This document shows positions 19,376 to 29,050 of a stretch of DNA of 58,576 nt, piece after piece (positions within the stretch are counted from its first letter, which is position 1; each line of letters opens with the position of its first letter). The notes beneath the pieces were generated by a model. The model did no database searches and had not been told where the DNA came from. It was given only the letters and a program-made list of their open reading frames with translations. This DNA is from Acidobacteriota bacterium (GTDB taxonomy: Bacteria; Acidobacteriota; UBA6911; RPQK01; JANQFM01), in assembly GCA_041630155.1 (NCBI GenBank), contig JBFKLX010000004.1, positions 1 to 58,576 of the forward strand, written 5' to 3'. The position numbers and the translations under genes were made by a program.

Positions 19376-19729
19376 ATGAGAGTCACGCGAGGCACCAGAC
19401 GAACCCGGCGGCGCAAGAAAATCTTGTCGCAGGCCAAGGGATACTGGGGTACGAAGAGCAAGCTTCACCGCGCCGCCAAGGAGCAGGTGATGCGCTCGCT
19501 CCGTTTTGCATACCGCGACCGCCGCCAAAGAAAGCGCGATTTCCGCGGCCTCTGGGTGGTCCGGATCGCCGCCGCCGCTCGGCAGAACGACATCTCCTAC
19601 AGCCAATTCATGCATGGCTTGCGCCAGGCGGGCCTCGATCTCAATCGAAAAATGCTCGCCGACATCGCTGCACGCGACGCCGACGGCTTCTCGAAACTCG
19701 TCGCCACGGCGCGGGCGGCCCTCGCCTGA
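19376..19729 (+). CDS. rplT: 50S ribosomal protein L20
   Basis: [32 protein letters not shown]. Confidence 0.97.
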   Translation: MRVTRGTRRTRRRKKILSQAKGYWGTKSKLHRAAKEQVMRSLRFAYRDRRQRKRDFRGLWVVRIAAAARQNDISYSQFMHGLRQAGLDLNRKMLADIAARDADGFSKLVATARAALA

Positions 19730-19837
19730 GGCCGGCCTCCCAACAGATGTGTTCAACGTTCCGGAGATGGGTGTGTCTGCGCCTCCACCGCGATGGCGAG
19801 TAGGATCGGAATGGGGCAGCCGAGCATTGGTTTTCTG

Positions 19838-19865
19838 TTGACAAGACTTCCTCATGCGCTAGAAT
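19838..19865 (+). promoter_or_regulatory. Sigma70-type promoter for zapB-zapA
   Basis: TTGACA(19838-19843)-N16-TAGAAT(19860-19865). Confidence 0.7.
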
Positions 19866-20084
19866 TGAAAGTGCATTTGGGGTGCTGGGGGTCCCAGGGG
19901 CTTTCGGCGCGCCCGCATGATCGTTCAGTCCGGTTTTTTCCCGAGAACAGGTGTCGTTTATCGCAGGCTTGACCTTTGTCCCGTGGAGCTGAGCTCCACG
20001 GGAAGGGCAGCCGCAACGGCGACGAAAGTTTTGCCGCGTCGCAGGTCTCCGTGAAGTCCTGCAAGGCGATCTCGTCGAGGGGCA

Positions 20085-20324
20085 GTGGTTTTGGACGAAA
20101 ATCTTTCCGCGCTGGAAAGCTCCATCGCCCAAGTCATCGATCGACTGCGGGCTGCGGAAGCTGCCAACGACCGTCTGCGGCAGGACGTTCGCCGATTACG
20201 AGAAGTACTGGAGGAGCTCGAAAAAGACAATCGGGAGTTGTGGGAGAAAATTGGCCAGTTTCGGGAGGATCGGGCAGAGATCCGGGCCAGGCTGGAGCGG
20301 GTTCGGGGATGGCTGGCAGTCTGA
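20085..20324 (+). CDS. ZapB-like coiled-coil cell division protein
   Basis: Heptad-rich 79 aa protein (LSALESSIAQVIDRL...EIRARLERV) directly upstream of zapA. Confidence 0.7.
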   Translation: MVLDENLSALESSIAQVIDRLRAAEAANDRLRQDVRRLREVLEELEKDNRELWEKIGQFREDRAEIRARLERVRGWLAV

Positions 20325-20448
20325 CCCGGGCTCGGGCGCATCGGCACGGAATGCCGGATGCGCCGTGCGCCGCCGGCAGTGCCAGCGGCAAGAGGTGGGC
20401 GCGGACCTGTCGCCCGGTTTTTTTCCGCGGCTGGTTGGGTAAGCAATC

Positions 20449-20748
20449 ATGAGCGGCGAGCAGCAAGTCACGACGGTGACCATTTTGAACCAGACCTTCC
20501 ACATCCGCAGCACGGACGACCCGGAGTACGTTCAGCAGTTGGCGCGATACGTCGATGCCAAGATGACCGAACTCTCCCGGTCCGCGGCCACTGTGGACAC
20601 CTTGAGGATTGCAGTGCTGGCGGCGCTCAACATTGCAGACGATTATTCGAAGGCGAAGAAGGAGTGCGACACGCTGAAAGAGACGGTTCGCCAACGCACG
20701 CGGAAACTGCGGGAGATGTTGGCGCCTTTCTGTGATGCGCCGTCTTGA
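20449..20748 (+). CDS. zapA: Cell division protein ZapA
   Basis: VTILNQTFHI, YVQQLARYVDAKM, LRIAVLAALNIADD. Confidence 0.92.
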   Translation: MSGEQQVTTVTILNQTFHIRSTDDPEYVQQLARYVDAKMTELSRSAATVDTLRIAVLAALNIADDYSKAKKECDTLKETVRQRTRKLREMLAPFCDAPS

Positions 20749-20774
20749 CCGCTTTTTCGCCGTCGGACTAAAAT
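20745..20774 (+). promoter_or_regulatory. Sigma70-type promoter for 6S RNA
   Basis: TTGACC(20745-20750)-N18-TAAAAT(20769-20774), overlapping the zapA stop. Confidence 0.6.
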
Positions 20775-20775
20775 A

Positions 20776-20952
20776 GAGGTCCCTGCAATGCTCGTGATGG
20801 TAGGTAGAAATTGAGCCAACACTTTCTACACGGGATTTCGGGTCCTTTCACTGTGAGCCAGCCGCTTGCCGGCAACGCCTAATGTGAAGGTAGATCTCCC
20901 ACCTGCACAAAGCAGGTTCAATCTCGCAAGCCACACGACAGAGCGGGGTCTC
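20776..20952 (+). ncRNA. ssrS: 6S RNA
   Basis: About 177 nt; the ends pair (GAGGTCCCTGC/GCGGGGTCTC, TCGTG/CACGA) around an A-rich interior; sits in the conserved zapA-6S-rny position with its own promoter. Confidence 0.8.
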
Positions 20953-21061
20953 CCCGACCTGGTTGCAGTAGAGCGCCTTCCTGAACCTCACCCGAATCGC
21001 CGCCCGCCGCCAGAGTCCGACTCTGACGCGGCCCTGAGCGGGTTCGGGGGGAGACATCCTT

Positions 21062-22621
21062 ATGGAAAACGCGATCCTGGTCGGTGTCGGCTTGATCGTT
21101 TTCGGGGGACTGGGGGTCTGGCTCCTGTTGCAGAACCTGGTCGTGAAGAAGCAGCTGCAAGAGGCCGCCCACCGGGCGGAGAAGCTCACTGAGCAGGCCC
21201 AGCACGACGCCGAGCGCCTCAAACAAGAGAAGATCCTGGAGTCGAAACAGGCGTTCCTGGAGTGGCGCACCTCGGCCGAGTCCGACTTGAGACAGCGGCG
21301 CCAGGACCTGGAAGACCTCCAGCGCTCGGTCTCGGACGCCCGTGAAGAGCAGAGGCGCAGCGAGAAAGCTCTCCAGCGCAAAGAGCGGGAATCCGTGGAG
21401 CGAGAGAAGGGCCTGGAAGCAGGGGTCCAGCAGCTGGAGGCGGAGCGCGTCAAGATCTCTCAGCTCATGGACGAGCAAAGGCACCGCCTCGAGGCGGTGG
21501 CCGGAATGACTGCCGAAGAGGCCCGAAAGAACCTGGTTCGAACCATCGAGCAAGAAGCGAGGCACGAGGCGGCGCTGTTGGCCAAACGGATCGAAGAGGA
21601 AGCCCGGGAGAATGCGGAGCTGGAAGCGAGAAAGATCGTGGTTCAAGCCATCCAACGTTGCGCGGCGGAACACGTCGTCGAGAGCACTGTCTCGGTCGTG
21701 GATCTTCCCTCCGATGACATGAAGGGGAGAATCATCGGGCGCGAGGGTCGCAACATTCGCGCCTTGGAGCAGGCCACCGGTGTCGACCTCATCGTCGACG
21801 ACACCCCTGAAGCCGTGATTCTGTCGGCATTCGACCCGCTGCGGCGCGAGATCGCCAAGCAAGCCATCGAGCGCTTGATCAAGGATGGGCGCATCCATCC
21901 GGCTCGAATCGAAGAGGTGGTTGGGAAAGTCCAGGCGGAAATGGATAAAAGCCTGCTCCAGGAAGGTGAGCAGATCGCTTTCGAACTCGGGATTCACGAT
22001 CTGGCGCCCGAGCTCTCCAACTTGCTGGGGCGGCTCAGGTACCGCACCAGCTACGGACAGAACGTCCTCTTTCACAGCCGCGAAGTGGCTTACCTGGCCG
22101 GCCTGATGGCGCGCGAGCTGGGAGCGGACGTCAAAGTGTGCGTGCGCGCCGGACTGCTGCACGACATCGGCAAGGCCGTGGATCGTGAACTGGAAGGCAC
22201 CCACCTGCAGCTGGGCGTCGAACTGGCTCGAAAGCACCGCGAGGACTCTGGAGTGATTCACGCCATGGAAGCCCACCACTTCGATGTCGAGTTCCAGACT
22301 CTCGAGGCGGTTCTGGTGCAAGCCGCCGACGCGATTTCAGCGGCCCGCCCCGGCGCACGGCGGGAGGTGCTCGAAAACTACGTCAAACGCCTGGAGAAAC
22401 TGGAGTCGCTGGCCAACTCGTTCGACGGCGTGGCCAAAGCTTTCGCTTTGCAGGCGGGCCGCGAGATCCGGATCATCGTGGAAAGCAGCCAGGTGAGCGA
22501 CGAACAGGCTTTCTGGCTCACCAAGGACATCGCCAAGCGAATCGAAGGAGAGCTGCAGTATCCCGGGCAGATCAAAGTCACCCTGATCCGGGAGATGCGC
22601 GTGGTCGATTACGCCAAGTAG
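21062..22621 (+). CDS. rny: Ribonuclease Y
   Basis: N-terminal TM, coiled coil, KH domain ([14 protein letters not shown]), HD domain (LLHDIGK), [12 protein letters not shown]. Confidence 0.97.
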   Translation: MENAILVGVGLIVFGGLGVWLLLQNLVVKKQLQEAAHRAEKLTEQAQHDAERLKQEKILESKQAFLEWRTSAESDLRQRRQDLEDLQRSVSDAREEQRRSEKALQRKERESVEREKGLEAGVQQLEAERVKISQLMDEQRHRLEAVAGMTAEEARKNLVRTIEQEARHEAALLAKRIEEEARENAELEARKIVVQAIQRCAAEHVVESTVSVVDLPSDDMKGRIIGREGRNIRALEQATGVDLIVDDTPEAVILSAFDPLRREIAKQAIERLIKDGRIHPARIEEVVGKVQAEMDKSLLQEGEQIAFELGIHDLAPELSNLLGRLRYRTSYGQNVLFHSREVAYLAGLMARELGADVKVCVRAGLLHDIGKAVDRELEGTHLQLGVELARKHREDSGVIHAMEAHHFDVEFQTLEAVLVQAADAISAARPGARREVLENYVKRLEKLESLANSFDGVAKAFALQAGREIRIIVESSQVSDEQAFWLTKDIAKRIEGELQYPGQIKVTLIREMRVVDYAK

Positions 22622-22669
22622 CCCGCGAGGGGGGCGGCGCCGGGCGGCCCAGCCCGCGGACTGCTGCTG

Positions 22670-23476
22670 TCATGCAGATGCTTCGGGACCTCCCTCCGCG
22701 TAACGAACCAGAAGGGGTTCGATGGCCAGCGCTTTCCCGCTTTCCGGGTCCAGCTCCAGGGTCACACCTGCCAGACGGGCATCTCCGGTGGCCACTTTCA
22801 GCCGGGCCGAAACGCCCGTGGTCATTCGCTGCAGCGCTCCCTCCGCCTGCATCCCGATGACCCCGCGATAGGCCCCCGTCATTCCGACATCGGTGAGGTA
22901 GGCGGTGCCCAGGGGCAAAACGCTGGCGTCTGCGGTGGGGACGTGGGTGTGAGTGCCCACAACCGCTGACACCAGGCCGTCCAGGTGCCATCCCATCGCC
23001 AGCTTCTCGGAAGTCGCTTCGGCATGGAAGTCGAGAATGATCAGCGGTGTTTGCTGGCGCAGCCTCTGCACTTCCCGCCGCACCCAGCGGAAGGGACAAT
23101 CGGTGAGGGGCATGAACACCCGACCCTGCGCGTTGAGAACTGCGACGGAGATCCCCTGGCGGGTCTGCTGTACCGTGCAGCCCCGGCCCGGAAGTTCCGG
23201 CGGGTAATTCCCGGGACGCAACAGGCGGGGTTCCTGATCCAGGAAGTCGAGGATCTGGGACTTGTCCCAGATGTGGTTGCCCGACGTCATCACGTCGACG
23301 CCCCAGGACAGGACCTGGCGGGCGAGTCTCGGGGTCAGGCCGAAGCCGCCCGCGGTATTCTCCACGTTGACGATGGTGAAGTCGATCCCGAGGCGCTCCT
23401 GCAGGCGGGGCAGTTGCTGGCACAGGACGCGGCGCCCCGGTTTCCCGACGATGTCTCCCACGAAGAGAATACGCAT
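22670..23476 (-). CDS. ymdB: TIGR00282/YmdB family metallophosphoesterase
   Basis: MRILFVGDIVGKPGR, TSGNHIWD, DFHAEATSEK, VVGTHTHV, TDVGMTG. Confidence 0.93.
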   Translation of the reverse strand: MRILFVGDIVGKPGRRVLCQQLPRLQERLGIDFTIVNVENTAGGFGLTPRLARQVLSWGVDVMTSGNHIWDKSQILDFLDQEPRLLRPGNYPPELPGRGCTVQQTRQGISVAVLNAQGRVFMPLTDCPFRWVRREVQRLRQQTPLIILDFHAEATSEKLAMGWHLDGLVSAVVGTHTHVPTADASVLPLGTAYLTDVGMTGAYRGVIGMQAEGALQRMTTGVSARLKVATGDARLAGVTLELDPESGKALAIEPLLVRYAEGGPEASA

Positions 23477-23483
23477 GAGGGAG

Positions 23484-24635
23484 CTACTTCCCGAAGTCTC
23501 GATCCACGGCCTCCGGGCGTTCCACCCAGTCGGCCAGGAAAATGTTGGTGTCACGGGTGGGCTGCCGATCCTCGGTCCGGTTGGAAGCGAAGACCAGGTG
23601 GCGTCCATCGAACGAAAACATGGGGAAGGCATCGAACGTCCCCGAACGGGTGATCTGTTCCAGCCCGCTTCCGTCGATGCCGATCATGAAGATGTCGAAG
23701 ACCCGGCCCCCCTCGCCCAACGTATGGTGGTTGGAGCAGAAGAGGATGCGGTCTCCCCGGGGGTGAAAGAAGGGGGCCCAGTTGGCACCCTCGAGCTGGG
23801 TGACCTGTCGGACGTTCTTCCCGTCCGCGGCGGCCACGAAGATCTGCAGCGCTGAGGGCTCGACCAGGCCCTGGGCGAGCAGCTGGCGATAGACGTCGCC
23901 GTCCGGGCCCTTGGGGCGACTTGCCCTCCACACGATCTCGTTGGAGTCGGGCGAGAAGAAGGCCCCTCCGTCGTAGCCCAGCTGGTCGGTGAGCTGGATC
24001 GTCTCACCGGTCTCGATCTCGTAGCGCCAGAGCTCGAGATCTCCCGAACGCGTGGACGTGAACACGACGAAGCGGCCGTCCGGTGAGACAGTCGCCTCGG
24101 CATCGTAGCCGGGGCCTCCCAGGAAGATTTCCGGAGGCCCAGAGCCGTCACTGACGAAGATGTCGTAGTCGGCGTAGATGGGCCAAACGTAGCGTCCTGC
24201 CGAGAAACGTACCGGCTCAGGGCACTCCGGGTTCTCATGATGGGTCGAGGCGTAGATCACCCGGCCGTCGGCCAGGAAGTAACCGCAAGTGGTGCGGCCC
24301 TTTCCCGTCGAGACCAGCCGGTATTGCTCTCCGTCGGGGAAGGGCGCCCTGTCGGCGCGCATCACGAATTGTTGATCGCAACCCTGGGAGTTGATCTCGG
24401 GCCAGTCACTCTGGAACATCAGCTGCTGATCGTCGAAACTCCAGTAGGCTTCAGCGTTGTTTCCACCAAAGGTCAGCTGGCGAATGTTGCGAAGGTGCAC
24501 TTCGCCCTCGAATCGCAGCACGTCGGCGGCCGCATCGTAGGCGGCCTCGGCGGCTTCTTCGTCCGACGGGGAGGCGGTGCATCCCGCCGCGGCGAGAGTG
24601 ATGATGACGAGAAGAAAAACCAAAGCTCTATTCAT
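23484..24635 (-). CDS. TolB-like PD40 beta-propeller lipoprotein
   Basis: Lipobox LAAAGC; repeats NAEAYWS, YDAEATVSPDG, YDGGAFFSPD, FDAFPMFS. Confidence 0.85.
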   Translation of the reverse strand: MNRALVFLLVIITLAAAGCTASPSDEEAAEAAYDAAADVLRFEGEVHLRNIRQLTFGGNNAEAYWSFDDQQLMFQSDWPEINSQGCDQQFVMRADRAPFPDGEQYRLVSTGKGRTTCGYFLADGRVIYASTHHENPECPEPVRFSAGRYVWPIYADYDIFVSDGSGPPEIFLGGPGYDAEATVSPDGRFVVFTSTRSGDLELWRYEIETGETIQLTDQLGYDGGAFFSPDSNEIVWRASRPKGPDGDVYRQLLAQGLVEPSALQIFVAAADGKNVRQVTQLEGANWAPFFHPRGDRILFCSNHHTLGEGGRVFDIFMIGIDGSGLEQITRSGTFDAFPMFSFDGRHLVFASNRTEDRQPTRDTNIFLADWVERPEAVDRDFGK

Positions 24636-24803
24636 GATCCAATAGTCCTTGTCCGTTTGTCCGTTCCGGAGCGAGTCCGGCGTCGGTTGCTTTCCGTGAA
24701 CCGGAAGCCTGCCGCGGAGGGGCCGCTTTGAAGCGGGCCGCTCCGGACACCTTCGAGAATCCGGGCTAGCATCTTAACGGCTGGGGCGCCGCCTGCCAAG
24801 CGG

Positions 24804-26234
24804 TCAACGGGCAGCCAGCCGGCTGGCCAGAAAGCCGGTTGCGAACGTGACCGCAGTCCCGATCAGAACATACCAGGTCCAGGCCACCGGGGCGCCCGTC
24901 AGATGGATCGCCAGGACGGACAGCAGACCGGCCAGCATCGCCAGCAGTCCTCCGTTTTCCGGCAGCGGCCAGGGAGTGAGGTTGAGCAGGAAGATGCCCA
25001 GGATGCTGCCCATGACGACACTGGTGATGGTCAAGCCCACGGGGAGGACCTCCCCCCAGCTGCGAGCCAGCAGCGACACCCCCGCCAGGGCCACACCCCA
25101 CAGCAGAGTGAAGAACCGCGACGCCCACAGATAGTGCTCCTCCGAAGCTCCCGGTTTCAGATAGGGCCGGTAGAAGTCATTGACGCTCGAGGAGGCCAGT
25201 GAATTGAGCGAACTGCTCAGGGTAGACATGGCGGCGGCGAATATGGCCGCGATGATCAGGCCCGTGATTCCTGCCGGAATGTGGTGAACAATGAACATGG
25301 GAAAGATCCGGTCGGCCTGCTCCAAGGGCTCCTCCAGAGGGAAGTGGTGGTAGAAGGCGTACAGCAGCACCCCGATCCCCAGGAACAGGAGGAATTGAGC
25401 CAGCACCAGGAAGCCGCTCGCGATCAGGGCCAGCTGGCTGTCCCGGCGGCTGCGGCAGGCCAGGTAGCGCTGCACCATCATCTGATCGGTGCCGTGCGTC
25501 GAAAACGTCAGAAACGCACCCCCGACCAGTCCCGCCAGGAAGGTGTAGGGCTGGGCCCAATCCAGCGAGAAGTTCACGACCCGAAACTTCTGATCAGCCG
25601 CGGCCAGCGCTGAGACTTCGGCCCATCCTCCCGGGATCGCATCGAGGATCAGCCAGGCTGCCAGCAGGGCCCCCGCAACGTAGATGACCAGCTGCACGGC
25701 GTCGTTCCAGACGACGGCGACCAGGCCTCCGTAGAGGGTGTAGACCACGGTGATCACACCGATGATGGCGATGGTGCCCAGATCGGAGATCTGGGTCGCT
25801 ACGGACAAGACCAAGGCCGTCGCGAAGAGACGGACGCCGTCGGCCAGCGCCCGGTTGACCTGAAACAGCATCGCCGAGAAGTTTCGGACTCGCCCCCCCA
25901 ACCGCTGCAAAACCTGGTAGGCCGTATCGATCTCGCCTCGAAAGTAAGGCGGGATGAGAAGAGCACTGACCAGCACACGTCCCAGGATGTAGCCCAGGGC
26001 CACCTGGAGGAAGGTCAAGTCGCCGCTGTAGGCGATGGCCGGCGCACCGATGAACGTCAGGGTGCTCGTCTCCGTGGCCACGATCGAAAGGCAAACCGCC
26101 CACCAGGGCAGGTTTCGCCCGCCCAGGAAGTAGTCCCGCAGGTTGCGCTGCCCGCGCCCCAGCCAAGCTCCGAAAGCTGCCGTGGCGGCCAGATACGCGA
26201 AGAGAACACCATAATCCAGTGCCGTGAATCCCAT
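24804..26234 (-). CDS. Sodium:solute symporter (SSS) family protein
   Basis: DYFLGGRNLPWWAV, SIVATETS, HGTDQMMVQRYL, AAAMSTLSSSLNSL. Confidence 0.92.
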   Translation of the reverse strand: MGFTALDYGVLFAYLAATAAFGAWLGRGQRNLRDYFLGGRNLPWWAVCLSIVATETSTLTFIGAPAIAYSGDLTFLQVALGYILGRVLVSALLIPPYFRGEIDTAYQVLQRLGGRVRNFSAMLFQVNRALADGVRLFATALVLSVATQISDLGTIAIIGVITVVYTLYGGLVAVVWNDAVQLVIYVAGALLAAWLILDAIPGGWAEVSALAAADQKFRVVNFSLDWAQPYTFLAGLVGGAFLTFSTHGTDQMMVQRYLACRSRRDSQLALIASGFLVLAQFLLFLGIGVLLYAFYHHFPLEEPLEQADRIFPMFIVHHIPAGITGLIIAAIFAAAMSTLSSSLNSLASSSVNDFYRPYLKPGASEEHYLWASRFFTLLWGVALAGVSLLARSWGEVLPVGLTITSVVMGSILGIFLLNLTPWPLPENGGLLAMLAGLLSVLAIHLTGAPVAWTWYVLIGTAVTFATGFLASRLAAR

Positions 26235-26365
26235 CCAGTGGAATGGTTATTGGCCGGGCCCGCCGAGTCAATGTTAAACTCCCCCGACTGGCGGTTTTTT
26301 TGGCCGGGCGCGGGGCACTCGAGTCCGAGCGGCCCCGAGAGGGTCGCACGAGCTTCCGGCAAGGC

Positions 26366-27313
26366 ATGACGATGAAGTATCTCATGGGCATCGATGGAGG
26401 CGGGACCAAGACCATCTGCATCCTCGCCACCTGGGAGGGAGAGGTTTGCAGCGTCGGCCGCGGAGGGCCTTCCAATCACCAGAAGGACGGGATTTACGGT
26501 GCCCGAAGCTCCCTGCGCAAAGCGATCCGCGAGGCTTTGTCGGAGGCTCAGCTGAGCGGTGTTGAGGTGGCCGGCCTCTGCGCGGGCCTGGCCGGCGTCG
26601 ATCGGCCCAAGGACGCCCGGATCATGCGCCGGGTCCTGGCCGAGATTCTGCCGGAAACACAGCTCGTCGTCGAGAACGATGCACTGGTAGCATTGGTCGG
26701 CGCCACGGGACGCCGGCCTGGAGCCATCGTCATTGCCGGAACCGGTTCGATCGCGCTGGGCGTCAACGCAGAAGGACGGCGGGCTCGGGCCGGAGGCTGG
26801 GGGCACATCCTGGGGGACGAGGGAAGCGGTTACGACATCGCCCGGCAGGGTTTGATGGCGTGTCTGTGCGATTACGACGGCCGCGCCAAGGCGACGCGCA
26901 TTCGAGACAAGGTCGTCAGGGAGCTCTACCTCGACTCCATCGACGAGGTGATCCCGCTCCTCTACCAGGGCCGCCTCAATCACACGCAGATCGCTGCCTT
27001 GCTGCCCCTGGTTTTGGAGGCTGCCGAGGAGGAGGACGAAGTGGCGCTCGGATTGCTCGACCAGGCGAGCCGGCACCTGGCCAGGGCTGCCCAAGCCGTC
27101 GTGGAGCGCCTGAATTGCCAAGACCTCGAGTTTCCGGTGGCCACCGCCGGAGGCGTTTTCCTGCACAGTGAACGTTTGCGCCACTACTTTCAGCAACACC
27201 TCGTGCAGTCCCTCCCCAAGGCCCAGGTCGTCCAACCAGCCCATCCTCCCGAACAGGGTGCTCTGCTGGTGGCACGGGCCGCGGTGGAAGGAGAACCACT
27301 CTTCGGGTCCTGA
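26366..27313 (+). CDS. BadF/BadG family N-acetylglucosamine kinase-like sugar kinase
   Basis: GIDGGGTKT, GLAGVD, VENDALVAL, IAGTGSIA, GGWGHILGDEGSGY. Confidence 0.9.
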   Translation: MTMKYLMGIDGGGTKTICILATWEGEVCSVGRGGPSNHQKDGIYGARSSLRKAIREALSEAQLSGVEVAGLCAGLAGVDRPKDARIMRRVLAEILPETQLVVENDALVALVGATGRRPGAIVIAGTGSIALGVNAEGRRARAGGWGHILGDEGSGYDIARQGLMACLCDYDGRAKATRIRDKVVRELYLDSIDEVIPLLYQGRLNHTQIAALLPLVLEAAEEEDEVALGLLDQASRHLARAAQAVVERLNCQDLEFPVATAGGVFLHSERLRHYFQQHLVQSLPKAQVVQPAHPPEQGALLVARAAVEGEPLFGS

Positions 27314-27388
27314 GAGGCTGGGGGGTGCCAGCTCGGGCCAGGGGGCAGACCTCCCACCTCACTGCCGGATTGGCCGGTGGCCGGCCTG

Positions 27389-28123
27389 TCATCCCGCAGC
27401 CCGGGCCTGTCGAGCCAGCCTACCCGTATCCAGGAGCAAGCGGCGCCCTTGATAACCGACGAGTCCTTCCCTCCGGAAACTGGACATGATCGTCGAGACG
27501 TGAGGGCGGTTGCCCCCGGTCAAGTGAGCCAACTGCTGATGGGACAGGGGAATCGTCAGTTTCACGCGTTGCTGGTCCGAGATCAGAGGCTTGCCGTGCT
27601 TGCGCCCGAGCCGCACCAAGGTGTCGGCGATTCGCTGGCGCGCGCTCATGCAGCTCAGAGCTTCGATGTCGCGCTGGGCTTCCTGCAGCCGTCGGTTCAG
27701 GATCCGAATCAGATTCAACAGGAGCACGGGACACTGCTTGGCCATCCTGAGAAAATGGTCCCGGCTCAGGGCCAGGATCCAGGACTCCTCGTGGGCCATC
27801 GCCCGGGTGCGATGAGCCCGCCGGGAAGCCAGGAAACTCTCGCCGAAGACATCGCCGCTGCGCAGAATCGCCGTGGTCTTTTCCTGCCTCCCGGGACCCG
27901 TCACGCAGAGGCGTACGTAACCCCGGCTCACGATGTAGAGATGATCAGCGGGAGATCCGGCATCGAAGATCACCTCTTCCTTGCGAAAGATCCGATCTGA
28001 ACAGTATCCGGTCAAGACCTGCTGATCGCCCCAGGAAAGCCCTGAAACCAGAGCCGTCTGCTGCAAATGCCAGAGCTTGTCGGCGTTCGCGAGCTGTCGC
28101 TGTGCCTTTGATCCAGACGTCAT
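27389..28123 (-). CDS. Crp/Fnr family transcriptional regulator
   Basis: cNMP-binding domain (LYIVSRGYVRL, GDVFGE) and C-terminal HTH (LSHQQLAHLTGGNRPHVS). Confidence 0.9.
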   Translation of the reverse strand: MTSGSKAQRQLANADKLWHLQQTALVSGLSWGDQQVLTGYCSDRIFRKEEVIFDAGSPADHLYIVSRGYVRLCVTGPGRQEKTTAILRSGDVFGESFLASRRAHRTRAMAHEESWILALSRDHFLRMAKQCPVLLLNLIRILNRRLQEAQRDIEALSCMSARQRIADTLVRLGRKHGKPLISDQQRVKLTIPLSHQQLAHLTGGNRPHVSTIMSSFRREGLVGYQGRRLLLDTGRLARQARAAG

Positions 28124-28308
28124 TCAACCTCCTCCTCGAGGCCCGAGATCCAAGTCTCGGCAGTCCAATCGTTTTGGAGCCGTGTCAGGCCAGCTACCAT
28201 TTTGCCCGCTTCGCAGGCCAGAAAAATATCGGCGCAGGCCTCGAAGAACTGTGAGACTTCATGCGGCAATTTGTAGTCCTGATCCGACAAAGGACTGGCA
28301 AGCCGCAT
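28120..28308 (-). CDS. Small hypothetical protein (62 aa)
   Basis: ATGA overlap with the Crp/Fnr start; its last codons supply the GGAGGAGG SD. No motif recognised. Confidence 0.35.
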   Translation of the reverse strand: MRLASPLSDQDYKLPHEVSQFFEACADIFLACEAGKMVAGLTRLQNDWTAETWISGLEEEVE

Positions 28309-28417
28309 GGACCGAAGACCGGCGGGTCCCCACCGTTCGTTCCGGGATGGCTGGGGTGCGTCCGGAGGCGTGGAGGCTCGGTGATCGAGACACGATATCG
28401 CGAGCGGCTGCTCGCAT

Positions 28418-29050
28418 TCACTCCACCAGTCTGTGCCGGATGGCGTAGCGGGCGATCTCGACATTGTTCTTGAGGCCCATCTTCTCCAGGATACGGGCCC
28501 GGTAGGTGCTGACGGTCTTCACGCTGAGAAAGAGCCTCTCGGCGATTTCAGTCACTGTCAGCGCATCGGCAATCATGCAAAACACCTGGTATTCGCGGTC
28601 GGACAAGAGTTCGTGCGGGCTCTTGCCCTCCGGTGCCTGCAAATCGATGGCGAGCCTTTCGGCCAGGGTCGGGCTCACGTAGCGACCCCCACGCACCACC
28701 TGGCGAATCGCCCGGACCAGCTGGCCGGGAGCACTCTCCTTGGTGAGATACCCAGCGGCGCCGGCCTTGAGCACGCGCCGGGCATACTGGTCTTCGGAAT
28801 ACATGCTGACGACCAGCACCGGAAGGCGCGCGAATTCCGTCCGCAGGTCGGAAAGAACCTCCAACCCCCCCCGTCCCGGCATGGAGATATCCAAGAGCAC
28901 GACATCGGGAACCTCGAGGCGCACAGCCTCCAGGACTTCAGCACTGGTCCCCGCCTCCGCCGTGACCCGCATGTCTCGAGCACTTTCGATGATGCGTTTG
29001 AGGCCTTCGCGGACGACGGGGTGGTCGTCGGCCACCAGGATTCGAATCAT
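28418..29050 (-). CDS. NarL/FixJ family response regulator (REC + LuxR HTH)
   Basis: IRILVADDHPVVREG, VLLDISMPG, LSDREYQVF, SVKTVSTYRARILEK. Confidence 0.95.
   Translation of the reverse strand: MIRILVADDHPVVREGLKRIIESARDMRVTAEAGTSAEVLEAVRLEVPDVVLLDISMPGRGGLEVLSDLRTEFARLPVLVVSMYSEDQYARRVLKAGAAGYLTKESAPGQLVRAIRQVVRGGRYVSPTLAERLAIDLQAPEGKSPHELLSDREYQVFCMIADALTVTEIAERLFLSVKTVSTYRARILEKMGLKNNVEIARYAIRHRLVE

Noticed and set aside
19963-20062. c-di-GMP-I or other known riboswitch
   Set aside because: The GGCAAA and GACGCAAAGC consensus segments are absent; kept only as an unassigned structure.
20396-20424. Intrinsic terminator between zapB and zapA
   Set aside because: The GGGCG/CGCCC stem is short with a large loop and is separated from the T tract by two G residues; too weak to call.
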